Part shown: in pieces, positions 37,130-48,273 of the stretch
How the letters are laid out: each line of letters starts with the position of its first letter
How positions within the stretch are numbered: the stretch's first letter is position 1
DNA from: Malacoraja senta
Lineage: Eukaryota
DNA: 64,000 nucleotides
Direction of reading: 5' to 3'
Assembly (NCBI GenBank): GCA_038087875.1
Contig: CM076001.1
Coordinates: 1 to 64,000 of the forward strand
The notes under the pieces: generated by a model
The model's input: the letters and a program-made list of their open reading frames with translations, nothing else
Databases searched by the model: none
Told to the model about the DNA's origin: nothing
Translations under genes and position numbers: made by a program

Positions 37130-40100
37130 CTTTATTTAACCTTTATTTAACCAGGAGAAGTCTCATTGAGATTAAAAAATCTCTTTTACAAGAGAGTCCT
37201 GGCCAAGACAGGCAGCAGCACAGTTCCACAGTTACAGACAATAATTTAAAAACAACAGAGAACATATAAATAGAGTCACAGTCAGAATATCATCAAACAA
37301 AGCATGTACAGACAGAAGAGCCCGATTCAACATCATTAAGAAGGGATTTAAATCTGCTTATAGAAACCAGCTCCTTAAGTTTCAGTTCATTCTGCAGCTG
37401 GTTCCACGCGAAGGGAGCATCATAACTAAATGCCCTTTTCCCCAGTTCAGTACGGACTTTAGGTACAGTTAATAAGAACAAGTCCTCTGAGCGGAGCTGA
37501 TAAGTTCCTGTGCTTTTTCGAATTACATACTTCTGCAGGTGTGAAGGAAGAACACCGAGGATAGTCTTATAAATAAGAATATGCCAATGATGGAGTCTGC
37601 GGGTGGACAGGGCAAACCATCCAACTTGAGCATACAAAGAGCAGTGGTGCGTGAGGGTTGTAAAATTAGTAACAAATCTCAGTGCTCCGTGGTAGATCGT
37701 GTCCAAAGACTGTAGGCATTTTGAAGATGCATTCATATATAAAACATCACCATAGTCCAACACAGACATAAACGTTGCAGCAACAAGTCTTTTTTTGGCT
37801 TCAAAAGAAAAACAAGATTTGTTTCTAAAGTAAAAAACTAATTTTATCTTTAGTTTTTACACAAGTTGCTGGATATGAGGTTTAAAAGAGAGAGAATCTT
37901 CAATTATAATTCCCAGATATTTATATTAAGACACAGATTCAACCACAGAGCCCTGCAAAGTGGTGATAGGAGGGAGGTCCGAGGGCTTTAATTTAGCTTT
38001 AGTGAACAGCATGAGCTTTGTCTTGTCAGCATTTAAAACAAGTTCTAAATCACACAGGTTACGTTGCACAGTGTTAAAAGCAGTTTGGAGCTGACAGAGA
38101 GCCTGATTTGGGGTAGACGCAGAGCAATATATCACTGTGTCGTCAGCATAAAAGTGAAAATTTGCGTTCGGAGCTTTATGATCTAGACTATTAATATAAA
38201 TAGTAAATAATAAAGGTCCTAGAACCGATCCCTGTGGCACACCCTTGGATACATTAAGAGAGCTAGAAGTAATACCTTCTGCTCGCACACACTGGGATCT
38301 GCCTGATAGATAGTTTTTAAACCAACAGACAGCTTGATCAGACAAACCGATGCTGCATAGTCTTTGTAACAATAAGGCATGATCCCCAGTATCGAAAGCC
38401 TTTGATAGGTCAACGAAAAGGGCTGCACAGTGTTGCTTATTGTCTAAAAATTCAATAAAATCATTTACTACTTTTAAAGCAGCTATCGACGTACTATATT
38501 TTTTCCTAAAACCAGATTGAAATTCAGATAAAATACTGTTAGTTGATAAAAAAGTCCTTCATTTGCTGGTTTACAATGGATTCCAGCACCTTAATTAAAA
38601 CAGACAGTTTGGAGATGGGCCTATAGTTGTTTAGCACAGTGGGGTCCCCCCCTTTTAACAGTGGGAGAACAAAGGCAGATTTCCAAATAAGGGGAATTTT
38701 GTTTGTCTCCAGGGATAGATTAAAAAGATAAGTCAGAGGCAATGCAATAAAATCAGCGGCTAACTTTAGGAAGTAAGGCTCAAGGTTGTCTGGACCTGCC
38801 GATTTTTTTGTGTCTAAACATCTCAGGGCCTTATGCACCTCTGAAAGTGTAACAGCGTCAAAAGTAAAGGCTTGTCCCTCAAGAAAACAACTACTATCAG
38901 AGCAAGCAGAGGAGCCCTGAGCTGTGTTTTGAGAGTTGAAAAGTGAACCAGAGGCAATGAAATGCTCATTAAAACAACCAAGCATGTCAGCCTTTTCATA
39001 AATTTGGGTAGAGTATTTGACAATGCATGGAGGTAGCTCAATAACATTTTTATTTCCAGTTATTGATTTAATGGTTTTCCAGAATTTCAACGGATTGTTT
39101 AGGTTATTTGAAGTTTCAGTAAGGAAATGATCAGCTTTGGCTTTTCTAATTGCAACTGTGCTTGCATTTCGCAGCTGCCTAAAGAGCAACCAGTCTGATC
39201 CAAGACCAGTACTCCTGCCACATTGCGCTCATGGAGTAAAATGGATAACTCTGACGTGAACCATGCATTATCCCTGCCCCTTATTCTATACTTCCTAAAA
39301 GGAGCGTGCTTGTTAACAATTTCAATAAAACCATCATAAAAGAATTTCCAGGCATTTTCAACATCAGGAATTACATTAATTTTCTCCCAGCCAAAGAGAA
39401 ACAGGTCATGAAAAAATGCTTGCTCCACAAAATGTTTCATGTCCCGCTTTATGATGACACGCGGTTGGGTTTTAGGAACTTTTGTATTTCTTACTGTTGC
39501 AATGATACAGTGGTCACTGATGTCATTTGCAAAAACAGAAGCAGCAGAATATTTATGAGGAACATTAGTTAAGATAAGATCAATTAAAGAAGATTTTTCC
39601 GGACATTTCAGATTAGGTCTAGTAGGACTGTCAACAATCTGAAAGAAATTAAACGAATCACAAAATGCTTTAAAATCATCTGATGCTGGTAGCAGCCAGT
39701 TCCAGTTTAGGTCACCAATAAGGACAATTTCATTAAAGTTCAACCCGGATAAAAGCTCCATTAAAGATGGTAAGGTGCAGCTGATAGCTGAAGGTGCCCT
39801 ATAGCAACCGACGACAGTGATGTGGAGAGTTTTTGAGATTTCCATGTCAAGAGCCAGAAGTTCAAATTGCTTACTCACTGATGTAGAGAGACGGATCTTC
39901 ACATGAAACTTAGATTTGACATAGACTGCGACCCCTCCGCCCTTCTTGGGTCGATCAGTCCTATACACATTGTAGCCGTCAATATCCTTGTTTAAAACTG
40001 CTTTGTTTAGCCAAGTTTCAGATATGACAATAACATCAGCATCAGTTGAATGAGCCCAGATACGAATCATATCCATTTTTGCAATCATACTGCGCACATT

Positions 40101-40786
40101 CAAATGGATGAAACCAAGTCCAGACCTTGATTCAAATTCAGCAGGGGTGTTAAAATTAACAGCAGACTCAGCAGCGCCTGGGCCTGGGTTAGGTTGAACA
40201 TTCCCTGAAATCAGCAGCAACAGAACATTTATACACCTATAATCAGACCTTATAGATTTGCTTAAATGGTCTTTTATAATCTTTAAAAATATAAAAGTCA
40301 CGAAGGCAACTTGAAGGAATAATAAAGTTGTCTTGTAAGGCCATCAAGCTGACCAGACGGGCCAAGTCCATAGATGCGGGGGGCAGAAGAGTCATAGGTG
40401 ACAAACTAATGCCCAGCGGACTGCCAGAAGCGCACGTCCCCCGGCATGGTAAAACCGGTGTAAAGTTGACTGGACAGAAGTTTTCAGTCCCGTGGGGGCT
40501 TCCCCCGGTGCCGCTCCAAATTAATAGGAAAAGAGCAGCCACGAGCAGCGACATTGTACGTTGAGATCCCGAAATCGAGGAGAAAAGCAGCCAGACTATT
40601 TCGCCTCAACCAACGACGCCACACATTAGTGCAGGGAGAGTCCTATAAGAAATCCGTTCCGTGGTTTCCCGACGGAATGATAATGCTCGCAGATGACTTA
40701 CAGAAAATTCACTCAGTCACTCAGTCATATTTGTAAAACAAACAGACACAGTTAGAGACAGGAGGAGACGTGTGCTGCCATCTTCA
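37130..40786 (-). mobile_element. Near full-length L2-clade LINE (APE + RT) with a 2A-like motif
   Basis: HLNVRS, ISETWL, GGGVAVYV, GCYRAP, IGDLN, LIDLIL, ISDHC, GPDNL, NYRPIS, GVPQGSVLGP, FYADDT; 5' AAGATGGC; 3' CCTGGTTAAATAAAGGTTAAATAAA. Confidence 0.92.
39099..40301 (-). pseudogene. L2 ORF: 2A-like peptide plus apurinic endonuclease domain (400-aa open frame)
   Basis: LLLLISGNVQPNPGP (40179-40223) immediately precedes the APE motifs. Confidence 0.85.
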
Positions 40787-41156
40787 GGTGTGAATACTTT
40801 TTGTGGATAGGACGAATTTGCTTGCTTCCGTCCCACAGGTCATTTCTGTGTAGGGCACAAGACAATGCTACGTCACTGACTGGAAGCATAATGACAGGTC
40901 ACATCAAACCATGTGTGATGTTCATAAGCATTTGTCCAACTGTTATAATGTAGTGTTTTATGTGCCTCAGTGTGTGAGGAGCACTGGAATTGTAATCAAG
41001 AGACCTTACCACAATGACCTGATGCTCCATTATATATTTAAAACAAATTGCATTGCTATTTCTTCATTCCAAATCAGTGGAATTTCTTCATTCCAAATAT
41101 GCCATGAGTGGCCACAGAACCGTATCCAGATTAATCTGTGGGCTATGAATTGTTAC

Positions 41157-41221
41157 CTGACTGCAAGCCCAGAGAGGACACCTCTCCTCCGATGCATTCA
41201 GTTTTACTCATCCACTGGCCC
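41157..41221 (-). other. Candidate 65-nt exon of an unidentified host gene
   Basis: cttccttacaacag|...CAG|gtaac in non-repetitive sequence; one frame reads GQWMSKTECIGGEVSSLGLQS. Not recognised. Confidence 0.2.
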
Positions 41222-41299
41222 CTGTTGTAAGGAAGATTAATTCAAAGTTTTAATTAACAAATGGCATTGTAATATTTGCTGCTATCACTGAAACATAGT

Positions 41300-41351
41300 G
41301 GGGTCAAGGAAAGAGCGTTCACGTCGCGGCCCTGTTTTCACCAATCTTACC
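41300..41351 (+). ncRNA. Minimal HDV/CPEB3-like ribozyme, copy B
   Basis: P1 GGGGUC/GGCCCU; P2 GGAAAGA/UCUUACC with one mismatch; P3 GCG/CGC; L3 UUCACGU; GU after P1; J4/2 CCAA; no P4. Confidence 0.8.
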
Positions 41352-41378
41352 ACCACCACACTAAAGAAGCACAAGAAG

Positions 41379-42431
41379 TAGCAATGTTACAACATTTTGA
41401 GATTTTAAAAATCAAGTCTGCAATTTATCTCATCAGATAAAGCATAAAAAGAAGTTTAATTTGGCACCTAATTCACTTTCATATCTTCAGTATTAAAAAA
41501 GTTATGGCCATTTTCATACTCTTGCATCTTGTTCCCTATTGCTTTTCCATTGACTTAACACAAAAGCTGTGATCGAGGACAGTCAAAAGCCCATAACTTT
41601 CTTAAAAATTAAGAGAACTGAAATAAATTATCAGTTATTATAGATTGAAGCATTCTGAAACAAATATGAAACAATCTTACTTGGATGACCTGAAATTAAA
41701 GCATATAATTAGTTAGTTACCTAATCGTAGCTAATTACAATTAGGTAAAATTACAAAATTCAATTACTAGATCTAAACATCTATCCATTTCTTAAGAAAA
41801 GATGAACATTTTTAAATAGCCTAAGTATCCAAATAACATTCACACAAGAATTCACAATATAACATGATTTTTTAAATCTCATTGTCATGAATTTATAGGC
41901 CAAATGGAAGGAATTTAGTGTTTAATTCCCGTAAATTAATGGCCATTTTAATCATCTTGCGAGTGGGATTTTGTGGAACGCGATCAATTGGAACGTTGCA
42001 GTTGCGGTGAATTTAAACCCCATATCGGCAGGAAAAACGCTGTCGGTTCGTATGGGGCCTAAATCACCTTTTTGCAACGTAAAATGTGGATTAAGGTAAT
42101 CCTAAGAAGCACATTTATATGTAAAATAAACAGCTTACCTTTAGCTGTCCCGTACGGGAAATCCGTCCCGTTGTCGGCGTTGATGGCATTAGAAGCGGAT
42201 TTTTATTTTACTCCAGCGCTGAAATTGTCCCGCAGTTAAAATATTTTTTTTCGCAGAACGGCAGTCGGAACAATTCTTCAGCATTAGCTAGCAGCCCGAG
42301 AAAATAAAACTCCGTCAGGCAGGAGAAAACCGCATTTTAACCCCGCCCCCCCCCCCAAAGGCGCAAAAGTCGCGCACACGGCCAGTGGCAGAACTGCAGC
42401 ACCGCTGAAGGTAAGTTTTGTAACATACCTA
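41379..42431. mobile_element. Non-autonomous TIR DNA transposon, about 1.05 kb, superfamily unclear
   Basis: Imperfect TIR TAGCAATGTTACAA / TTGTAACATACCTA; flanking direct repeat (A)CAAGAAG of 7-8 bp. Confidence 0.75.
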
Positions 42432-42624
42432 CAAGAAGCTCAAGACAGACACCATTGTATGCAGATGCCGAGAAGTGTGTTCAGCTCTGGCTGAACAACT
42501 TCTAATCTTGTGTGTGGACTCAATAAGAAGAATAATTAAACATAGTTAAAAGATGGGCAGAACGAGCAGCTCAGTATTGAATTCTAGGCTATAGAATTTT
42601 CAGGCGAGCCAGGGACAATGTAGA

Positions 42625-43640
42625 CAAGGAAGATAAACACAAAATGCTGGAGCAACACAGCGGGTCAGACAGCATCTCTGGAGAAAAGCTGTAGGTGACG
42701 TTTCGGGTTGAGACCCTTCTTCAGACCTGTATCGTGCTGAGGCCAGACACCAGCTCTCAGATACCCCCTCATATCTATCCCTTGACCATGACCCCATTGA
42801 CAATCACCAGGCCATCATGGTGGGTGGTGAATCTATGGAATTCTGTGCCACCGAAGGCTGTGGAAGCCAAGTCAGTGGATATTTTTAAGGCAGAGATAGA
42901 TAGATTCTTGATTAGTGCATGTGTTAGAGGCTATGGGGAGAAGGCAGGAGAATGGGGTTGGGAGGGAGAGATAGATCAGCCATGATTGAATGGCAAAGTA
43001 GATTTGATGGCCCAAATCTGCTCCTACCACTTATGATCTTATGATCATCTCCCAGACAGTCACTGATTTCATCACGATCTCCCCTCCATAGCCTCCAATG
43101 TTATAATTTCCCAGCCCCTCATTGCCGGCTGCTTCCTCCTCCCCAAAATCCACAAACAGATCTGTCCCGGCAGACCCATTGTTTCTGCCTGCTCCTGCCC
43201 CCCGGAACTCATCTCCACATACCTTGATTCTATCCTTCCCTCCCTTGCCAATCCCTGCCCACCTACAGTACATCCAAAACACCTCACACGCCCTTCAACT
43301 CTTTAATAACTTTCAGTTTCTAGGCCCCCTTTCACTCATCTGAGAGTTGGTGCCTGACCTCAGCATGGTAGAGGTCAGCTCACCAGACTAAGGCAGTACC
43401 TCCTTTGTCAGCGGGTTTAATGACAATGTCGGGATTGTTGCAAAGGAAGCGAAGGGCTGTGCATTCGGAGGGGGGGAGATTGGACTGGGTAATGGGAGTC
43501 GGGAAGTCAAGACGGTTGATGTCTTGACAGAAGTTCGAAAAAAAAATGTCCAGAGATGGTAGAAGGCTGGCAGGAAGAGTCCAGGAGGAGAAATGTTGGA
43601 GACAGGGGTCATCTCTGGGCAGTGAGGACTCCTTCGCCAT
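42625..43640. mobile_element. Rearranged Penelope fragments on both strands, with a nested CR1 3' end (about 42815-43035)
   Basis: Hammerhead motif at 42694-42726 (minus); SNLPPSE..AL..L..NPDIVIKPADKGG (minus); plus-strand RT N-terminal remnants. Confidence 0.75.
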
Positions 43641-44244
43641 AGAAAAAGGCCTAGAGGGTTTAATCGGTATATTAAGGGCAAAAGAGTAACCAGGGAAAGA
43701 ATGGGGCCCAATAGAGGCAACAAAGAATTTATGTAATAAAAAGGAACTGCAGATAATGGTTTATACCAAAGATAGATAGAAAAATGCAGGAGTAATGCGG
43801 CAAGTCAGGCAGCATCTCTAGAAAAAAGTGGATAGGTGATATTTCGGTTCGGGACCATTCTTCAGACAGGGGAATTTTATGCATGGAGTCAGAGGTATTG
43901 GCGGGCCAGAAATGAATAATTTTGATCAGTATTCACAAAGGAAAAGGACCGTAGACTGAGGATTCTACAAAGGGGAAGATGAAATTCTGGTACAAGTCTC
44001 CATCAATAAAGAGCAGGCTTAAAGCTGGATAAATTCACAGAGTGAATGCAATTTATCCCAATCTGCAATATGAGGCATGGACAGAGATTTCTGCAGCTTT
44101 GTCTGAGATTTTTTACGTTACTGGCCACAAGTATGGTTCCAGATTACTGGAGGATGACAAATGCGGTCCCCCTTTTCAATAGGAAAGCCTGGCAATGACA
44201 GAACTGTGATCCTAAAGTCAATAGCAGGGAAGTAATTACTTTGC

Positions 44245-45005
44245 TTTATTACTTTATTGTCATTGTAGTGGTGCATATAACGAAATTCAGGCTCAAATGT
44301 ACAAGATAAAAAATAACATTAAAATAACAGCAAAAAAGTGAGAAAAATAAAAATTGTTCATACACTCACATGCATATACTGTGACACATACACACAGATT
44401 CACACAGGTGTACACATAATGCCCACGTATGCACCCTTACCAGAATATAAGATATTGCACTCAGGAAGGTCATTGTCAGAATGTAAGATATTGCAGAGAA
44501 TAGTATTCTAAAAATAAATATTATAAATGAATATATCAGTATTGCACAAATTGTATAGTATAAATATTGACCATGGGGAGAGTTCAGTGTGGTGACGGCC
44601 TTAAGGGCCTGTCCCAATATACGAGTTTACCCAAGAGCTCTACCGAGTTTAAAAAAAAATCAAACTCATGGTAAGTACGTAGAATGTACGTAGCGGGTAC
44701 GTCGGAGCTCGGGACGTCTCTTAGCGGCTGGTAACGCTAAAGGCAGGTACTCGGGAAACGCGGTAAGCTCGTGAAGTTTTCTCAACATGTTGAAAAATGT
44801 CCACGAGAGCCCCGGGTACCTACGAGCCGCTATTACCGTAATTCTCTGAGTTCGAATCAGGGGAAACTCGGGAGAACTCTTGAATTACCTCGTACAGTGG
44901 GACAGGCCCTTTAGGGTAGAAACTGTTTGTTAGTCTTGTGGTGTGCGCTTTGATGGACCTGTAGCGCTTTCCTGAGGGCAGAAGGGCAAACAAGTGCCAG
45001 ACACC
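44245..45005 (-). mobile_element. Rex1-like LINE 3' end split by a MITE
   Basis: LLPSGKRYRSIKAHTTRLTNSFYP|KAVTTLN is restored after removing the MITE. Confidence 0.75.
44604..44910. mobile_element. Harbinger-type MITE with TTA TSD
   Basis: TIR AGGGCCTGTCCCA / TGGGACAGGCCCT; TTA at 44601-44603 and 44911-44913. Confidence 0.92.
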
Positions 45006-45692
45006 CAAATTGTTATAAAAGGTTGATTATATATTGCAAGAAGCATAGATGCACCCAATTCAAAATTAGTCCATTTCTATAACTTGTGGCATTGTACATG
45101 GGCTGGGCTGTGATTGTATTAGGCACTGGGATATGTATCACCACAAGCCAATGTTGTTTGTAAAGTTCTGCCTGTGAATTCTGCTTGGATAAAGCACGTG
45201 AAATATTGATCATCAGGCCTGTGTAAGAGAAGGCCGGCTAGCAAAGAATCACTCCCACTAGCGTTCACCTCCCCTTAAGAATTTGTGCCAAGTGGATTAT
45301 TACTTCAAGAGGATCACATGGGTGTTCCTATCAAATGTTGGGAATATCTTCTAATGTAAATAGATTCTGAGTCTTGATGGTGCCAAGCTTTGCACTCTCT
45401 GGCTTCCAAGTGCTTGTTTAATCACTGATGCTGTCTGCAGTGTACTGTAAAACTGCAGCTGGCCCTTTGTGTGAGAGGTTCTGTTTATTCAACTTCTGGC
45501 AAATTGCTGCCAATTAGTCACATGGAATGAAACCACCGATGGATCATCATGTCAAACATTCCCACCCTGAAATTCTGCAGAGTTTGGATTTCAAATCAAT
45601 TGTGGGATGTGTACAGATGGCATTCTTCAGAGTGATGACAAAATTGGGTTTCCCAAACTATCCAACAATGTTTATGCTTTAATACCAAGCTA

Positions 45693-45998
45693 CGGCGGCA
45701 TGGTGGCGCAGCGGTAGAGTTGCTGCCTTACAGCGAATGCAGCGACTGAAACCCGGGATCTATCCCGACTACGGGTGCTGTCTGTCCGGAGTTTGCGTGC
45801 GTTTTCTCAGAGATCTTCGGTTTCCTCCCACATTCTAAAGACGTACTTGTATGTAGGTTACTTGGCTTGGTAAATGTAAAAAATGTCCCTAGTGTGTGTA
45901 TGATAGTGTTAATATGCGGGGATCGCTGGTCGGCGTGGACCTGGAGGGCCGAAGGGCCTGTTTCCGCTCTGTATCTTGAAGCTAAACTAAACTAAACT
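45693..45998 (+). mobile_element. V-SINE (HE1-like)
   Basis: ggcggcatggtggcgcagcggtagag head; (CTAAA)n tail. Confidence 0.85.
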
Positions 45999-46029
45999 GT
46001 GTCAGCTGTGCTGAACCAACATCTAAATT

Positions 46030-46060
46030 CTGAAGAAGGGTCTCGCCCCGAAACGTCACC
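46030..46060 (+). ncRNA. Minimal hammerhead motif, family 1
   Basis: CUGAAGA-AGGGUCUCGCCCC-GAAACGUC. Confidence 0.6.
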
Positions 46061-47175
46061 CATTCCTTCTATCCAGAGATGCTGCCTTTCCCTTTGAGTT
46101 ACTCCAGCATTTTGTGCCTATCTTTTGGATACATCATGGGAGAATGGGCAGCAGGCACTGCTGCGAAGACATTGTCCAGGTAGGAATGAGAGGTGACCAG
46201 TTGATGAACACAATGGATTGGGGCCCAGATGTCAGAATCCAGATCTCAGGTCTTTCAATGATACAGTAAATTGTGGGCCAGCACTTTTTAAATGCATTCA
46301 ATCGCCACGGCGACACTGGAATTAATTACGTGCTTCTAACTGCCATGGAAGAAAGTAGCAGTGAACTGTCTTCTTGAAGTGCTGCTGTGTGTGGGAAGAT
46401 ATTTCCACACCACTGTAAGGTAGGGCATTTTTGGCCCATCAACCGTGTAGCAGTAGCAATAAACATTCAATGCAAGATGACAGAGAGCTTGGAAAGTATC
46501 TTGGCTGGTGGCAGGTTTGGGTGGCACTGTTGAAGCAGTTGCGAGACAACTCGCCTTCTTGACCTGACATCTAGTATGGCATAAACATAATCCTCTGAAC
46601 ATTAATCTTTGTTACAAAGATCCTGGTGAGCAGCTTATCGGGGAGTGTTCCCGGTAAGCGGGGGCCAAGCCCCTCCAGTGGGCCTAGCTCACCCGCCTCA
46701 GAAGTCGGACTGAAGCCGGTAGGCACAGCTCACCTACCGTGGACGTTGACAGGATCCGCGCCGCGAGAGCGAGGAGGGACCCGCCAGCAACCGCCGAAAG
46801 TGAGGTGGGCTGTCGACAGGTGAAGAGGATCGTGGAGGGGTGAGGACGGACATTGAGGGGTGAAGCGGGCCATCGGAAGCTCCCAGCAAGTATGGCGGAG
46901 CCATCCAAGAGAGGATCCGGCGGTGGGCGGCTGAGGACGGACCCGCGTTGAGTGCCAGAGGTTGGTTGATGATGCGCCACTGAGTGCAAAGAGGGTTCCG
47001 GCGTGGGGGAGTCAAGAAAACAAAGAGGGGCCCGGAGTGGGGGGGCCATGAGAGAACAATGAGGGGCTACCAGGGACTATTTTGTAATGTAGGTGGCACA
47101 CTGTACATGGCGACTCTTTTCGTACATTGTGTATGGTGAGCAACACAAAGAATTTCACTGTGACATGTCACATGT

Positions 47176-47462
47176 TGTGGCGGCAGCCTATACACGGGCC
47201 ACTTATGCTCGAACCCTCGTCAGGAAGTACGAGGGCGGGCACGTGACGTCATGGGCTAGAGGGAGTGTCCTGGTACTTAAGGTCATCTCACCTCGAGACC
47301 TTAGGTGTTCAACCGGTAGCTGAGCCCGAGGGAACAACCTCGCTCAGCTACAGCAACACTGTTATGATAGTCGGCACCAACCTAACGTGTCAGCACTGAA
47401 TAAACGACTCTTTGAACCGACCTGACGTCTCACCTTTATTCAACACGTCCGGTGTCGCTATA
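47176..47462 (+). mobile_element. Solo LTR, Gypsy-type, 287 bp
   Basis: TGTGGCGGC...GTCGCTATA imperfect inverted ends; 4-bp TSD ATGT (47172-47175, 47463-47466); internal CACGTGACGTCA and AATAAA. Confidence 0.85.
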
Positions 47463-47750
47463 ATGTGATAATAAAGTATCAATCAATCAATCAAAGGAAG
47501 AGTTGCATGGGGCCCAAATACCATACATGTGTACATGCATTAGTGCTCATGTGTAAATGCATTAGTACACATGTGTACATGCATTAGTGCTCATGTGTAC
47601 ATGCATTAGTACTCATGTGTACATGCATTAGTGCTCATGTGTACATGTATTAGTACACATGTGTACATGCATTAGTACACATGTGTACATGCATTAGTAC
47701 ACATGTGTACTTGCATTAGTACACATGTGTACATGTATTAGTACACATGT

Positions 47751-47874
47751 GGGATGCAAGCAGAAGCCTCCACGTGGCGCATCCCGGGCAATGCTGACGA
47801 CAGAAACTGTACCAACTGTCACTGACCGACCGGAAAGACGTGATATAGAAGATGGCTGGACACGAGGAAGAAGA
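47751..47874 (+). mobile_element. About 124-bp ribozyme-headed retroposon, family C, copy 1
   Basis: P1 GGGAUGC/GCAUCCC; P3 GCC/GGC; L3 UCCACGU with GG partner; partial P2 AGCA/UGCU; GAAGAAGAA tail; AGTACACATGT on both sides. Confidence 0.75.
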
Positions 47875-48149
47875 AGTACACATGTGTACATACATTAGCA
47901 CACATGTGTACATGCATTAGTACTCAAGTGTACATGCATTAGTACACATGTGTACATGCATTAGTACACATGTATATATGCATTAGTGCTCATGTGTACA
48001 TGCATTAGTACACATATGTACATGCATTAGTGCTCATGTGTACATGCATTAGTACACATATGTACATGCATTAGTGCTCATGTGTACATGCATTAGTACA
48101 CATGTGTACATGCATTAGTACACATGTGTACATGCATTAGTACACATGT

Positions 48150-48273
48150 GGGATGCAAGCAGAAGCCTCCACGTGGCGCATCCCGGGCAATGCTGACGAC
48201 AGAAACTGTACCAACCGTCACTGACCGACCGGAAAGACGTGATATAGAAGATGGCTGGACACGAGGAAGAAGA
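48150..48273 (+). mobile_element. Family C ribozyme-headed retroposon, copy 2 (tandem duplicate)
   Basis: Matches 47751-47874 apart from one visible substitution (aactgtc versus aaccgtc). Confidence 0.75.

Larger units (their letters stand above)
41300..42537 (+). mobile_element. About 180-bp ribozyme-headed retroposon, family B, interrupted by a DNA transposon
   Basis: 9-bp TSD AAACATAGT (41291-41299, 42538-42546); starts exactly at ribozyme G1; aagaagaa tail; 3' hairpin agaagtgtgttcagc-tctg-gctgaacaacttct. Confidence 0.85.
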
